Below are positions 19,328 through 28,642 of a DNA stretch of 64,000 nt, one piece after another; positions within the stretch are counted from its first letter, which is position 1, and the number at the start of each line of letters is the position of its first letter. The DNA comes from Spirochaetia bacterium. GTDB taxonomy: Bacteria; Spirochaetota; Spirochaetia; SZUA-6; Bin103. The notes beneath the pieces are model-generated. The model saw nothing but the letters and a program-made list of their open reading frames with translations, did not search any database and was not told where the DNA came from. Position numbers and translations under genes: made by a program. The DNA is taken from contig CBDAOI010000004.1 in NCBI GenBank assembly GCA_965198005.1, forward strand, positions 1,728,001-1,792,000, given 5' to 3'.

Positions 19328-19896
19328 CAGGAGCACACGATCAACGGAGAAAGAGTGCTCTGGCTTCGGGGTCGGGGCGATTGTAATCGCAGGATTCGCA
19401 GTATGTCGTCCGGCCAAGAGTCGACCACATCCACAGCGTCATTGCCGTACTTCTCCGCCACTGCTCCAGGCACCCCACGGACGGCGAAATATGCATACGT
19501 GCCGTCGCCCTCGAAGGTCACCTCGGCGAACACCTGAGCATCCCTGAAATCCCAGTAAATGCCCACGTCTCCCTCGGTGCCTTCCTCCGGGTACGGCAGC
19601 GGAATGTCGCCGGGCCTGCCGTCGAGGAAGGTCAAGGCGTCGTTCACTGCTTCTTGTGATGGGGCCTTGGCGCCGTTTCCATCCCAGTTCTCATCCAAGC
19701 GCGCATAGGACAGAAGTTCTTGGCGGAGTTCGGACTCGGACTCGACCTTTGAGGTGAGTGCGGTCCAGCGGCCCGAACCGTCGATCGCCTGCAGAACTGG
19801 ATCGAGGGTTTCTCTGGCCACCTCAAAAAACGAAATCACCATTTCGTATAGGTACGGCAGATGTGGATGAGATATCTGGGTAGCAGCTTCAGTCAT
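19327..19896 (-). CDS. Hypothetical protein
   Basis: 189-aa ORF with normal composition; LDENWDGNGAKAPS...PYPEEGTEGDVGIYW. Confidence 0.7.
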   Translation of the reverse strand: MTEAATQISHPHLPYLYEMVISFFEVARETLDPVLQAIDGSGRWTALTSKVESESELRQELLSYARLDENWDGNGAKAPSQEAVNDALTFLDGRPGDIPLPYPEEGTEGDVGIYWDFRDAQVFAEVTFEGDGTYAYFAVRGVPGAVAEKYGNDAVDVVDSWPDDILRILRLQSPRPRSQSTLSPLIVCS

Positions 19897-20019
19897 GGCT
19901 GGCTATCTCCGCGTGTCTACGGGCGCGGGGGCAGCAGTTTTCGGGTGATGCCCATAGTCATGGTACAGCACCGACACCGTGCTGATCAAGTCAACGGGGT
20001 CAGGTCGTTCACGCCACTG

Positions 20020-20465
20020 CGCCACTTTGCCGTTGGCGATGAGCTTGCGGATGGTGGGCGCGCGCAAGGTGGTGATCCAGCGCATGCCGTCGATGCCCTT
20101 GAGGTCCTCGCGGATACGCGCGCCGGTGAGCATGCCGCGGTCGCCGACCAAGACCACCCGCTGCAAGCCGAAGCGGCCGCGAATCTTGTCCACCTGGGCG
20201 GCGACCGTCGCCGGATCGCCGGTAGAGCCCTCGAACACCTCGACCGGCCACCGGACAGCCGTCTGCGGTGCACAGCAAGCCGAACACGATCTGCAAGGTG
20301 CCACGCTTGCCGTCGCGGCTGTGACCGCGCTGCGCCAACGGGCAGGTGTGTCCCTCGAAGAAACTGGAGGTAAGGTCGTATAGCACCAACGTGTTGTCAC
20401 TGAGATGGCGCTTGGCCAAGCGGTTCTCGATACCCCCACTGGCGCCGGCGCAGCCAGTCCATCGC
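20020..20465 (-). mobile_element. IS1634-family transposase internal fragment, frameshifted
   Basis: LAKRHL..LVLYDLTSSFFEG..CPLA.RGHSRDGK, EVFEG.TGD and VLVGDRGM. Confidence 0.85.
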
Positions 20466-20604
20466 CGTGGGGGAGTTGCGCCGGCAGGAGAAGGCGGCGG
20501 CGAATCGCGTTCGTGAAAGGCCCCGACTGGGTCAGCATCGAGCTGGTGCAGCAGTAAGGCCGGCGCAAGCAGGTGGCGAGCCGCCAGGTAGCGTTGTCGG
20601 TTTG

Positions 20605-21342
20605 TCAGCGCTGCGGCGGCAACTCGAGCGGTCGCGGGTGGAGGGTTCGGACCACCAGCTCGGGCGTGAAGGCGTTGCCGGTCTGGGTCGCCAGAAAGAG
20701 CGCCGCTTGCGCGATGTCGTCGGGGTCCATCCAGCGCGACCAGTCGGCATCCGGGAAACCGCGCTGGGGCATCTCGGTCCTGACGAATCCGGGGCAGATC
20801 ACGGTGACGCGGATTCCGTCTTGCCAGACCTCGTCCGCTACCGATTCGGTGAAGCCGATCACGCCGAACTTCGATGCCGAGTAGGCGCAGCGGCCGGCCG
20901 ATCCACGCTTGCCCGCGCCGGAGGAGATATTGATGATCACCCCGCTACCCTGGCCTCGCATCGGCTCGATCACCGCCTTCGTGCAGAGGAACACGCCGCG
21001 CAGGTTTACGCGGATCATCTCGTCCCAGGCCGCCACCGGCATCTCCCACACCGGATGCCGATGGATCACTCCGGCGCCGTTGACCAGAATGTCGACTCGT
21101 CCGAACGTGTCGAACACCTGCCGTGTCATTGCCTCCACCGCGGCCGCATCGGCCACGTCGACCGCCAGCGCCAACGCTTGGCGTCCCATCGCCGCAACCT
21201 CGTCGGCGACCTGCTCCACCTGAGCGCGCGTGCGCGCAACCACCACGACGTTGGCCCCGTCACGGGCGAACGCGAGCGCCGTGGCGCGACCAATGCCCCG
21301 CCCGCCACCCGTAACGATCGCTATCTTGTCCTCAAGACGCAT
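20605..21342 (-). CDS. SDR family NAD(P)-dependent oxidoreductase
   Basis: TGGGRGIG, VNGAG, NISS, YSASK and ICPG. Confidence 0.92.
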   Translation of the reverse strand: MRLEDKIAIVTGGGRGIGRATALAFARDGANVVVVARTRAQVEQVADEVAAMGRQALALAVDVADAAAVEAMTRQVFDTFGRVDILVNGAGVIHRHPVWEMPVAAWDEMIRVNLRGVFLCTKAVIEPMRGQGSGVIINISSGAGKRGSAGRCAYSASKFGVIGFTESVADEVWQDGIRVTVICPGFVRTEMPQRGFPDADWSRWMDPDDIAQAALFLATQTGNAFTPELVVRTLHPRPLELPPQR

Positions 21343-21395
21343 GAGCTTCTCCCTGTTCGTAGTGCATCCCCGATGCTCCATTGCTCCTGTCAGAC

Positions 21396-21479
21396 TCATC
21401 CCTCGGCGGCGATGACGAACAGCTTTCTGTACCGGCGCTGCCCATAGGGTCTCCGAAAACTACGTCTCGCTTGCGGCAC
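21396..21479 (-). pseudogene. RloB-like protein N-terminal stub
   Basis: VPQARRSFRRPYGQRRYRKLFVIAAEG*, overlapping the RloA-like stop; resembles RloB N-termini. Confidence 0.65.
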
Positions 21480-22788
21480 CTGGCATGCTTCCCGACGATA
21501 TGATGCGAGGGATACCGCCCAATCGCCCTTGGAGATAGCTCTTGCGGATATCCTTGTCGTAGCGGACGTCGCGGTACTCGCTGAACGAAAACAGGCTTGA
21601 AGCACCGGAATTGTCCCGTTCCGTGACCCACATTTCGTCGCGCCGCAACCATCGCTGGTCCATCAACAGGACGTCGTGCGTGGTCAGGAGCAACTGCGTT
21701 CTGGTGCCTGCATTGCGGGTGTAAAGGTAGTCCTCGAGCAGTCGGCGGGTCAGTAACGTGTGCAAGCTGCGATCAACCTCGTCGATCACGTAGACGCGCT
21801 GTGAAGCATCGGTGGAAAGATCGAGAAACGCGGGGACAAGATCAATGAGCCGCTGTGAACCGTCCGACTCCTGAGACACCTCGAAGTGCGCTTCAGTACC
21901 ATCAGCCATCTTGTGTACGGCGACACGTTTCCACGCGATCAAGTCGCCGTCCTTACGAGCAATCAGGAACTGATTGTTGGAATAATCTTCCGCAATTGCC
22001 CCTTGCTGATCGCCCAGAGTATCTTGAATATCGGCTTTCACCGCTTCGGGTAACTGGACGTTTTCGAATGGCACGAATTCATTGCCGAGATGAGATATGC
22101 CCGTATCGAAGTCTCGCAATTTCTCGTTCATGGTTACCGTGAATGGATGATCGCTATCGAAAAACAGTGCCCCACCGCCGAACCGAGCGTCGGGAGCCAC
22201 CATCTGCAGGGTATTCTTGAACCAGTCGTGGATCGGCTTAAACTGCCGAACCCTCTGCGACACGGAGTTGGTCAGAAAGAGCTGATTGTCGCGGGTTCCC
22301 CGGAAGGCGAACAGCAGAAACTGCCGGTCATGCTCCAGAGAACTATCTAATTCGATCCTTCCGTTGCCGCGACTGTAGAGCATCCGCTCGCTCGCGCTGC
22401 CAACTTGCACCAAGCGCTCCTCGACTACCTCGGTTTGGGTCATGGCAAAGCTGAAGGCGTAGATAACCTCGTCTATCAGGAGCTCGAATTCGAAGCGAGA
22501 TGGAAGCGTCGCACACCTTCTGTCCAACAGAAAGGGGAGAACGGGGATGCGGTTGTCCGGCTGAGTCCCCCCGACGACCTGTTTCCTGGCAAAGGCCAGC
22601 GCCTTGAAGAGATTGGTCTTACCCGACGCGTTGCCTCCATACACGGCCGCAACTGGCAGAACTCTCGTCTGGTACGTCCCGAGCCGGGCGAGGTGTTCAC
22701 CGTGCTGACGCTCCCGGCTCGCCACCATCGACAAGGTGACGCGGTCGCGAAAGGACATCCAGTTTTCGACTGAGAAACTGATTATCAT
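21460..22788 (-). CDS. RloA-like AAA_21/ABC-type ATPase (abortive-infection-associated family)
   Basis: SFSVENWMSFRD, YGGNASGKTN, ESDGS, IDEVDRSLH, TTHD, RRDEMW and YLQGRLGGIP. Confidence 0.88.
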   Translation of the reverse strand: MIISFSVENWMSFRDRVTLSMVASRERQHGEHLARLGTYQTRVLPVAAVYGGNASGKTNLFKALAFARKQVVGGTQPDNRIPVLPFLLDRRCATLPSRFEFELLIDEVIYAFSFAMTQTEVVEERLVQVGSASERMLYSRGNGRIELDSSLEHDRQFLLFAFRGTRDNQLFLTNSVSQRVRQFKPIHDWFKNTLQMVAPDARFGGGALFFDSDHPFTVTMNEKLRDFDTGISHLGNEFVPFENVQLPEAVKADIQDTLGDQQGAIAEDYSNNQFLIARKDGDLIAWKRVAVHKMADGTEAHFEVSQESDGSQRLIDLVPAFLDLSTDASQRVYVIDEVDRSLHTLLTRRLLEDYLYTRNAGTRTQLLLTTHDVLLMDQRWLRRDEMWVTERDNSGASSLFSFSEYRDVRYDKDIRKSYLQGRLGGIPRIISSGSMPGAASET

Positions 22789-22904
22789 GACAACGATTCC
22801 CGGTAAGGAGCGAATTGATCGTGGTACATAGCTACGTCAACGGCCCCAGCCGGGTTGCTCTCGACCTATAATGTGAAAATATCTCATGACGCGGTGCAGA
22901 TGTC

Positions 22905-23090
22905 AAGCACCTCTCCGCGTTGCGCGTTGCCGCCTTCGCGGATGGTCAGCTCGCAGCGCGCCACGACCCGCGGCGGTTGGCTCCCGCGCCCGTGCTCAGC
23001 CCACATCTGCCTCAGCTCTCCAGCGTCACGCGGCCGCCGGAGAACACGTCGAGCGTCGCGACCGTCTTGGCGAGCACCAGCGGGTCCTAT
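22905..23090 (-). pseudogene. LLM-class flavin-dependent oxidoreductase remnant
   Basis: Minus-strand DPLVLAKTVATLDVFSGGRVTL is a typical luciferase-like monooxygenase motif. Confidence 0.65.
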
Positions 23091-23095
23091 TGATC

Positions 23096-24547
23096 CTATC
23101 GAATCGGTCGGACGCCGCCTCTGCGTCCCAGGCGATACCCTACTCTGAAGACATCGGGGATGTTGACCCGTTCGTCGCGCATGCGCAGGAACACCCCTAA
23201 CGACTCAAGATCTTCCCGGACACCGTCGGCTCCCCGTGCCATGTGACGCGGGGGGAGTTTCACGTCGCCCTGCTGCGCTTCGTCAGCCAACCCGTCGAGG
23301 ACTGCTCCGGTACGCCAGCGCCCCGCGATTTCGCTGAACCGGCAGGGAACCACGACACCGGCAAGCGGACTGAGTACACGGTGCACCCACGGGTAATCTT
23401 CCTGGAGCTCGCGCACTCGTATCTGCGATGCTTCCTGCACGCCGCGTTTGATACTCTCGAAGTGCAGCGCGAATTCATGCTGCGGATGGCGATCCTGCGT
23501 GTCGTCCGCGGCCGTTCTGAGCGCGGCCAGAAACGAGCGTGGGCTCACCTTGCCCTCAGTATCCGCCAGATGACTCGGAATCCACGTATAGGGAAAGCCT
23601 CGACGTGGCCCGCGTCCCATCCATGGACCGGACAGGGCGTGAAACCTCTCCCGCTGATGCTCGTCATTGACGATGAGCATCCGGGGCACCGAATACAAGC
23701 CCCGGTGCCCAGCATCCGTCGGGTCCCAACCATTGCCGAAGAACCTTCGAAGTTCGGCGCCATGATCCCCGTTTGCAAGGTAGTGCCACAGCAACCCGTA
23801 GAGCTCGTGACGCGGCCAATTCAAGGAGACGGAGGACGACAGGGCCTTTGACGCGTCCGGAAAGTCTCCGATTTCGCTTTCGTTGAACTGATCGGAGCGC
23901 AAGAACACCTTAACGCGGAGCCTGCGATAAGAACGCAGCTCTATCGCAGTTTGTAGCAACCCCCGTATCACGCGGTACATCTCACGCCAATCGTCGGCAC
24001 ACCGATCCAGCGCGTCGAACAAGACCAGAAAGTACACACCGTTGCGGTCGAATTCACGGTCGCGTTCCGCGAACAGGCGTTCTATCAACTCAGGATTGTC
24101 GATGACATACCTGGTGCGATGTTGCCAGGTGGGCTGCAGTCGCAGAGGATGACTGCTCGGAGCGACCTGCCAGGCTTGCACCGCACGCCAGATGTCTCGA
24201 GGTTCGATGCCGGCTCTCATCAGGCTGCGGAGTATGTCTTTGCTCGGGTACTTCTCCGGATCCTGAGTGACGCCGAATCCGGTTCGAATCTCGGTGCGTT
24301 CGCTCAGCGTTGACCGTTCCGCCAGTTGCCCGACCAACCCGCGCACGTCGGAATCCTGGAGAGCACTCCACCAGAATGTTTTTCCGGCCCCGCGCATGCC
24401 GGTTACGAGGAGGTTGTCCGGATGCAGCGCCTTCAGGTGGGAGCGGGGCAGATACACGTCGCTCGGCGTTGGCTGGTGTCCGTGGCTCGTCGCTTGTGGT
24501 AGTGCGGTTAACGCCGAGCGTGCGGTTTCAACTGGAATATCGTGCAT
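23096..24547 (-). CDS. P-loop NTPase (STAND-like), uncharacterised
   Basis: Walker A VTGMRGAGKT, Walker B VLFDALD, KVFLRSD, SPRSFL and a helical C-terminus; start overlaps the upstream gene. Confidence 0.85.
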   Translation of the reverse strand: MHDIPVETARSALTALPQATSHGHQPTPSDVYLPRSHLKALHPDNLLVTGMRGAGKTFWWSALQDSDVRGLVGQLAERSTLSERTEIRTGFGVTQDPEKYPSKDILRSLMRAGIEPRDIWRAVQAWQVAPSSHPLRLQPTWQHRTRYVIDNPELIERLFAERDREFDRNGVYFLVLFDALDRCADDWREMYRVIRGLLQTAIELRSYRRLRVKVFLRSDQFNESEIGDFPDASKALSSSVSLNWPRHELYGLLWHYLANGDHGAELRRFFGNGWDPTDAGHRGLYSVPRMLIVNDEHQRERFHALSGPWMGRGPRRGFPYTWIPSHLADTEGKVSPRSFLAALRTAADDTQDRHPQHEFALHFESIKRGVQEASQIRVRELQEDYPWVHRVLSPLAGVVVPCRFSEIAGRWRTGAVLDGLADEAQQGDVKLPPRHMARGADGVREDLESLGVFLRMRDERVNIPDVFRVGYRLGRRGGVRPIR

Positions 24548-25841
24548 CGCGTTGATCTCGTATCGCCGCCACAATGCGATCAAATCGTTCCAGGAACGTG
24601 GAGTAGGCTTTGGTTACTGGAGATTCGCTGGGGTCTCGTAGCGAAGCACCGGCGGCAAGTCCCCGTGTCCAGACGATCGGAATCGGGTCGTGCGGTGCCT
24701 CCTCGTCGTTCAGGCCGAAGGAGAAGTAGTCGCGCGCTGGGTCGTCGGATACGTCCAATTCGTCATAGAGGCCCTGAAACAAAGACCAGGAACTCTCTCG
24801 GAACGCCTGAAGGTAGTCCTCGTATTCCTCCTCTGGTGTCAACGCCGACACTACCCACAGGCGTTCACGTATCTGGGATGCCAACTTGCGGTTGCGCCAG
24901 TGGTCGAAGATGATACGGTACGCGTCCCACGTACTTTCTGAGTCGACGCCAAAGAGCAGGACCTGCGCGTTCAAGTCGGTGACGGTGGCAGCACTAATGT
25001 CATGCAATCCACAGCGACTCTCCATCAAGATCACCGTAGGATGAAGGAAATCCTCCAAGGACTGCAACATACGTTGCAGTCGTTTGGTCCATGACTCAAG
25101 TTGTTCGGCCGCTGGATCCGGATTCTCCATGTAGACACGGCCGAGCTTGGCCAGGTAATTGCCGGGGTTTCTGCCATGGGCTGGGGCCACGTGCACTTCT
25201 CCTTCCAAGTCCTCCCCCCATTGCGGAGCAGCCGTCATTCGTTGGATAACGCGATCGCCTTGTCCGATCAGGTCTTCGACAAACCAGTCGGTCACGCCGA
25301 ACTCGGGGCGTGTGCGCGGGGCGAGCATGGCTGACGACAGGCCGGGCGACTCCAGGTCGAGATCGACGATCAGGACTCGCTCGCCGCTACGGGCCAAGTG
25401 CCACCCGAGAATCGCCGCGGTCGTGCTCCGGCCTACTCCTCCCTTTACCGAGTACAAAGTGTATCGTTGTGCCGTCGACTTTGTTGCATCCTGGAGAACC
25501 GTCCACCAGTCGTGCCCGGTCACGAGACGGTCGACCCAGTAAACACCTGTTCGGATCATCAGCTTCGGCCTGAGCGAGTCCAACGTGGCTTGATCGACGG
25601 CAAGCACCGCGTCCTCAGGTGGGTATGCACGGGGGCCGAGAGCTTCATACAGTGCGTCTGCGAGGCGCTGTAGTTGGTCACTTGCGGTTTCGTAGTCCGA
25701 GTCAGACACGGAGATGCCGAGCTTTCCGTAGAGGTCACTGACCAGATAAACGGAGATGTCCTGGGATGCCATCTCTGGCTTGTCGAGGACGGCAGTGACG
25801 ATCTTCAACACAGCATCAAATGGAACAAAGCCGTCGGTCAT
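24528..25841 (-). CDS. ParA/MinD-like ATPase with variant KGGVGR Walker A
   Basis: YSVKGGVGRSTT, VLIVDLDLESPGL and ESRCGLHD, preceded by an extra N-terminal domain of about 120 aa. Confidence 0.88.
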   Translation of the reverse strand: MTDGFVPFDAVLKIVTAVLDKPEMASQDISVYLVSDLYGKLGISVSDSDYETASDQLQRLADALYEALGPRAYPPEDAVLAVDQATLDSLRPKLMIRTGVYWVDRLVTGHDWWTVLQDATKSTAQRYTLYSVKGGVGRSTTAAILGWHLARSGERVLIVDLDLESPGLSSAMLAPRTRPEFGVTDWFVEDLIGQGDRVIQRMTAAPQWGEDLEGEVHVAPAHGRNPGNYLAKLGRVYMENPDPAAEQLESWTKRLQRMLQSLEDFLHPTVILMESRCGLHDISAATVTDLNAQVLLFGVDSESTWDAYRIIFDHWRNRKLASQIRERLWVVSALTPEEEYEDYLQAFRESSWSLFQGLYDELDVSDDPARDYFSFGLNDEEAPHDPIPIVWTRGLAAGASLRDPSESPVTKAYSTFLERFDRIVAAIRDQRDARYSS

Positions 25842-26278
25842 AGCAATCTGTCCTGTTGCGCCTGTTTGATCATTTTGACGATCCGCGCGGCCGCAGACTT
25901 GTGCGGCTTGACCTGTTGCTGAGAAAAGTGGCTGGCAGATAAGTACCGATCAGTGATCGACCAGTTATTGAACGGATTGGACCTCGGAACAAAGGACACG
26001 TATCTGGTTCCATTCCGACCTGCAAGGAATCGTCGAAAGGCAGGCCAGAGTTGATCTACGTGGGTCCGGTACTCTCTGATGGTCGGTGAACCGGATTGAT
26101 CGACCGGCATCTTGAGAGCTTTCATGATCGCCTTCAAGCCACACTCGGCGCTCACGCCGTAAAGGTGATCGGCGTTCGCCCAGCGGCTATCGGCATAGAG
26201 GTATTCCGCATCTTCCCAATGGCGGCCGTGCGCATTTACGAAATCGGCGGGCGGAGGATTGCTGGGTGGGCTCGGCAC
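25838..26278 (-). CDS. HEPN-like domain protein
   Basis: RHWEDAEYL...ADHLYGVSAECGLKA and W...RYLSASH (Rx5H); GGAG RBS upstream; ATGA overlap with the next gene. Confidence 0.75.
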   Translation of the reverse strand: MPSPPSNPPPADFVNAHGRHWEDAEYLYADSRWANADHLYGVSAECGLKAIMKALKMPVDQSGSPTIREYRTHVDQLWPAFRRFLAGRNGTRYVSFVPRSNPFNNWSITDRYLSASHFSQQQVKPHKSAAARIVKMIKQAQQDRLL

Positions 26279-26429
26279 GGCGTCGTCTCCTGTCTCCAGT
26301 CACCCGCTACTATACCCGGGTTCGCTCGTTGGTGGTAGGTGCGCTGTGCCTGGGGTATGCCTGGGGCTCGGAGGCTCGGCGTCGGCCGATTGTCAGCGGC
26401 CGACCGCGGGCGCATACTGCGGCTCGATC

Positions 26430-27575
26430 ATGAAGGTGCTCGTAACCGGCGTGGCCGGGTTCATCGGCTACCACGTGGCCCGGCGGCTGGTCGATCAGGG
26501 GCACGCGGTGCTCGGCATCGACAATCTCAACCGGTACTACGACGTCCGGCTGAAGCTGGATCGGCTGCGGGACCTGGGGCTGGAGTTCGCGGGGGACGTG
26601 GGGCCGGCTGCGGGGCCTGCGGGGGATGCGGGGCCTGCTGGCGGGGACGCGGGGGACGGGCAGGGCGAACCGGAGGCGGGTAGGGCGCCCTCGGGCCTGC
26701 GCTTCAGGCGTCTCGACCTGACCGACAGCGGGCGCACGGCCGCTCTGTTTGCGGAGGAGCGGTTCGATGCGGTGTGCCATTTGGCGGCACAGGCGGGCGT
26801 GAGATACTCGCTGAGCGACCCGTTCGCCTACACCGCCAACAATGTGCACGGCTTTCTCAGCGTGCTGGAGGCGGCGCGGCACCATCCCGTGCGTCACTTG
26901 GTGTATGCCTCATCCAGCTCGGTCTACGGGCTCGACCGGCACGTTCCCTTCGGCGAGACCGGGGCGGCGGATCACCCGGTCAGCCTGTATGCGGCCACCT
27001 GAGAGTGTTATATGTCCGGGCAGCAAGAACAAACCAAGCGCGCCAACGAGCTGATGGCGCACAGCTACTCCCACCTGTTCGGGATTCCCACCACCGGTCT
27101 GCGCTTCTTCACGGTCTACGGCCCGTGGGGGCGCCCCGACATGGCGCTGTTCCAGTTTACGCGCGCGCTCCTGCGCGAAGAGCCGATCGAGCTTTACAAC
27201 CACGGGGAGATGCGGCGCGACTTCACCTACGTGGACGACGCGGTGGACGCCGTGGTGCGGGTGTTGGAGCGTCCGGCGCAGGGGGTGGCCGGATGGGACG
27301 GGCGCCAGTCCTCGCTGTCGCCGGCGCCGGCGCGGGTGTACAACGTCGGCAACGGCGCGCCCGCCTCCGTGTACGACCTGGTGCAGGCGCTGGAACAGGA
27401 ACTGGGGATGAAGGCACGGGTGCGGAAAGTGCCGATGCAGCCGGGGGACGTGGCGCAGACCTGGGCCGACTGCACCGCGCTGCGCACCGAGCTGGGCTGG
27501 ACGGCGCACGTCACGATCCGGGAGGGAGTGCGGCGTTTCGTCGCGTGGTACCGGCGGTATAATGGACCACCGTGA
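26430..27575 (+). pseudogene. UDP-glucuronate 4-epimerase-like NAD-dependent epimerase, split by a 36-bp insertion
   Basis: TGVAGFIG, HLAAQAGVRYS, YAAT*...KRANE and RFFTVYGPWGRPDMA; the insertion 27000-27035 adds an in-frame TGA. Confidence 0.9.
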
Positions 27576-27615
27576 GGGTCGCGACGGGAATTGAGACGCA
27601 ACATGGAGAGATACG

Positions 27616-28245
27616 ATGAATTTGACCAGAGTTGAATTGGAGTGCTTCACGGCATTCTCGGAAATAGGGCTCGATCTTTCGCGGGGAATCAACGTGCTCG
27701 TCGGCCCCAACGTGCCGATAATGCGTGGTCCGATGGATCCAGATCGGAAACGCTTACTCGCCACTCTGCAAAAGGCAATCGAAGGAAGGGTCGCGGTAAA
27801 GAACGAAGAATTCTTCCTGCGTAGCAAAGAGGGGAATCTTGAGTTTTCGCTGGTTGCGGAAGGAATAAGAAAGCTCGCGCTACTGTGGCTGCTGATCCAA
27901 AACGGTGTCTTGCAGGAGGGATCGGTGTTGTTGTGGGATGAACCTGAAACCAACCTCAATCCCAAAGTGTTCAAAACCTTGATAGAGGTCTTGTTCAAGT
28001 TACAGCGAACTGGAATACAAGTCTTACTTGCGACCCACGACTACGTCATCCTCAAAGAGCTTGATCTGCAACGAACGGAAGGAGATGAAGTTGCATACCA
28101 CTCATTCTACCGTGACGATACGGGTCAAGTAGCGTGCCACACTACGCCGCACTACCATGAGATTCATCCCAACGCGATTGCTGATACGTTTGACACACTA
28201 TACGATCGCGAGATTGAGCTCAGTCTGAGAGTCTCGACACCATGA
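27616..28245 (+). pseudogene. AAA_21-type ATPase with a large internal deletion
   Basis: GINVLVGPN is cut before the Walker A lysine; AEGIRKL, WDEPETNLNP and ATHD are retained. Confidence 0.78.
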
Positions 28246-28620
28246 CGCTGACCGAGGGAACGTTGCAGTTCACGTTCAACGATGTCGCAGGCGGTGGTAG
28301 GTTTGATGGCCGGACGCACGGATTGAGTCACTGCATGAAGGCAGTAGATTTCATCGTTGAGCTGACTGACCGATACGTTCATCTACGAATGGGCTTCAGG
28401 GAGAGCTGACAAACCCATTGATTACTTCGTTCTTGTTACCGGTGCAGGTACACCGGAACTTATCAGGAGAGCTGAGGTGCTAAGGCACAAGCTGCCCCGG
28501 CTTGGTCCGTGGTCCCGAGCGTGGGAGCGACCGATTGTCGACCGCTCTGGCGTATTCAACATGGCCACCTGGAACCAGCACTTTCCGAACTACAATGTGT
28601 GTCGCGTACGGTCCAAGTAG
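28242..28620 (+). pseudogene. Hypothetical partner gene of the AAA ATPase, deleted and frameshifted
   Basis: MTLTEGTLQFTF...CMKAVDFIVE, then YEWASGRADKPIDYFVLV and VFNMATWNQHFP in shifted frames; ATGA overlap with the ATPase. Confidence 0.55.
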
Positions 28621-28642
28621 TCGGAGGGCTATGCGTGCGTGC

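Noticed and set aside
24528-25841. Plasmid/chromosome partition system
   Set aside because: No parB or parS is evident, Walker A is the KGGVGR variant, and the neighbours are a HEPN protein and an NTPase.
26585-26660. GC-rich GGGGA(C/T)G(C/T)GGGGCC repeats in the epimerase
   Set aside because: In-frame low-complexity linker expansion with no evidence of a separate function.
27000-27002. Selenocysteine or readthrough TGA in the epimerase
   Set aside because: The TGA belongs to an insertion absent from the paralog, and readthrough would still disrupt the YxxxK spacing.
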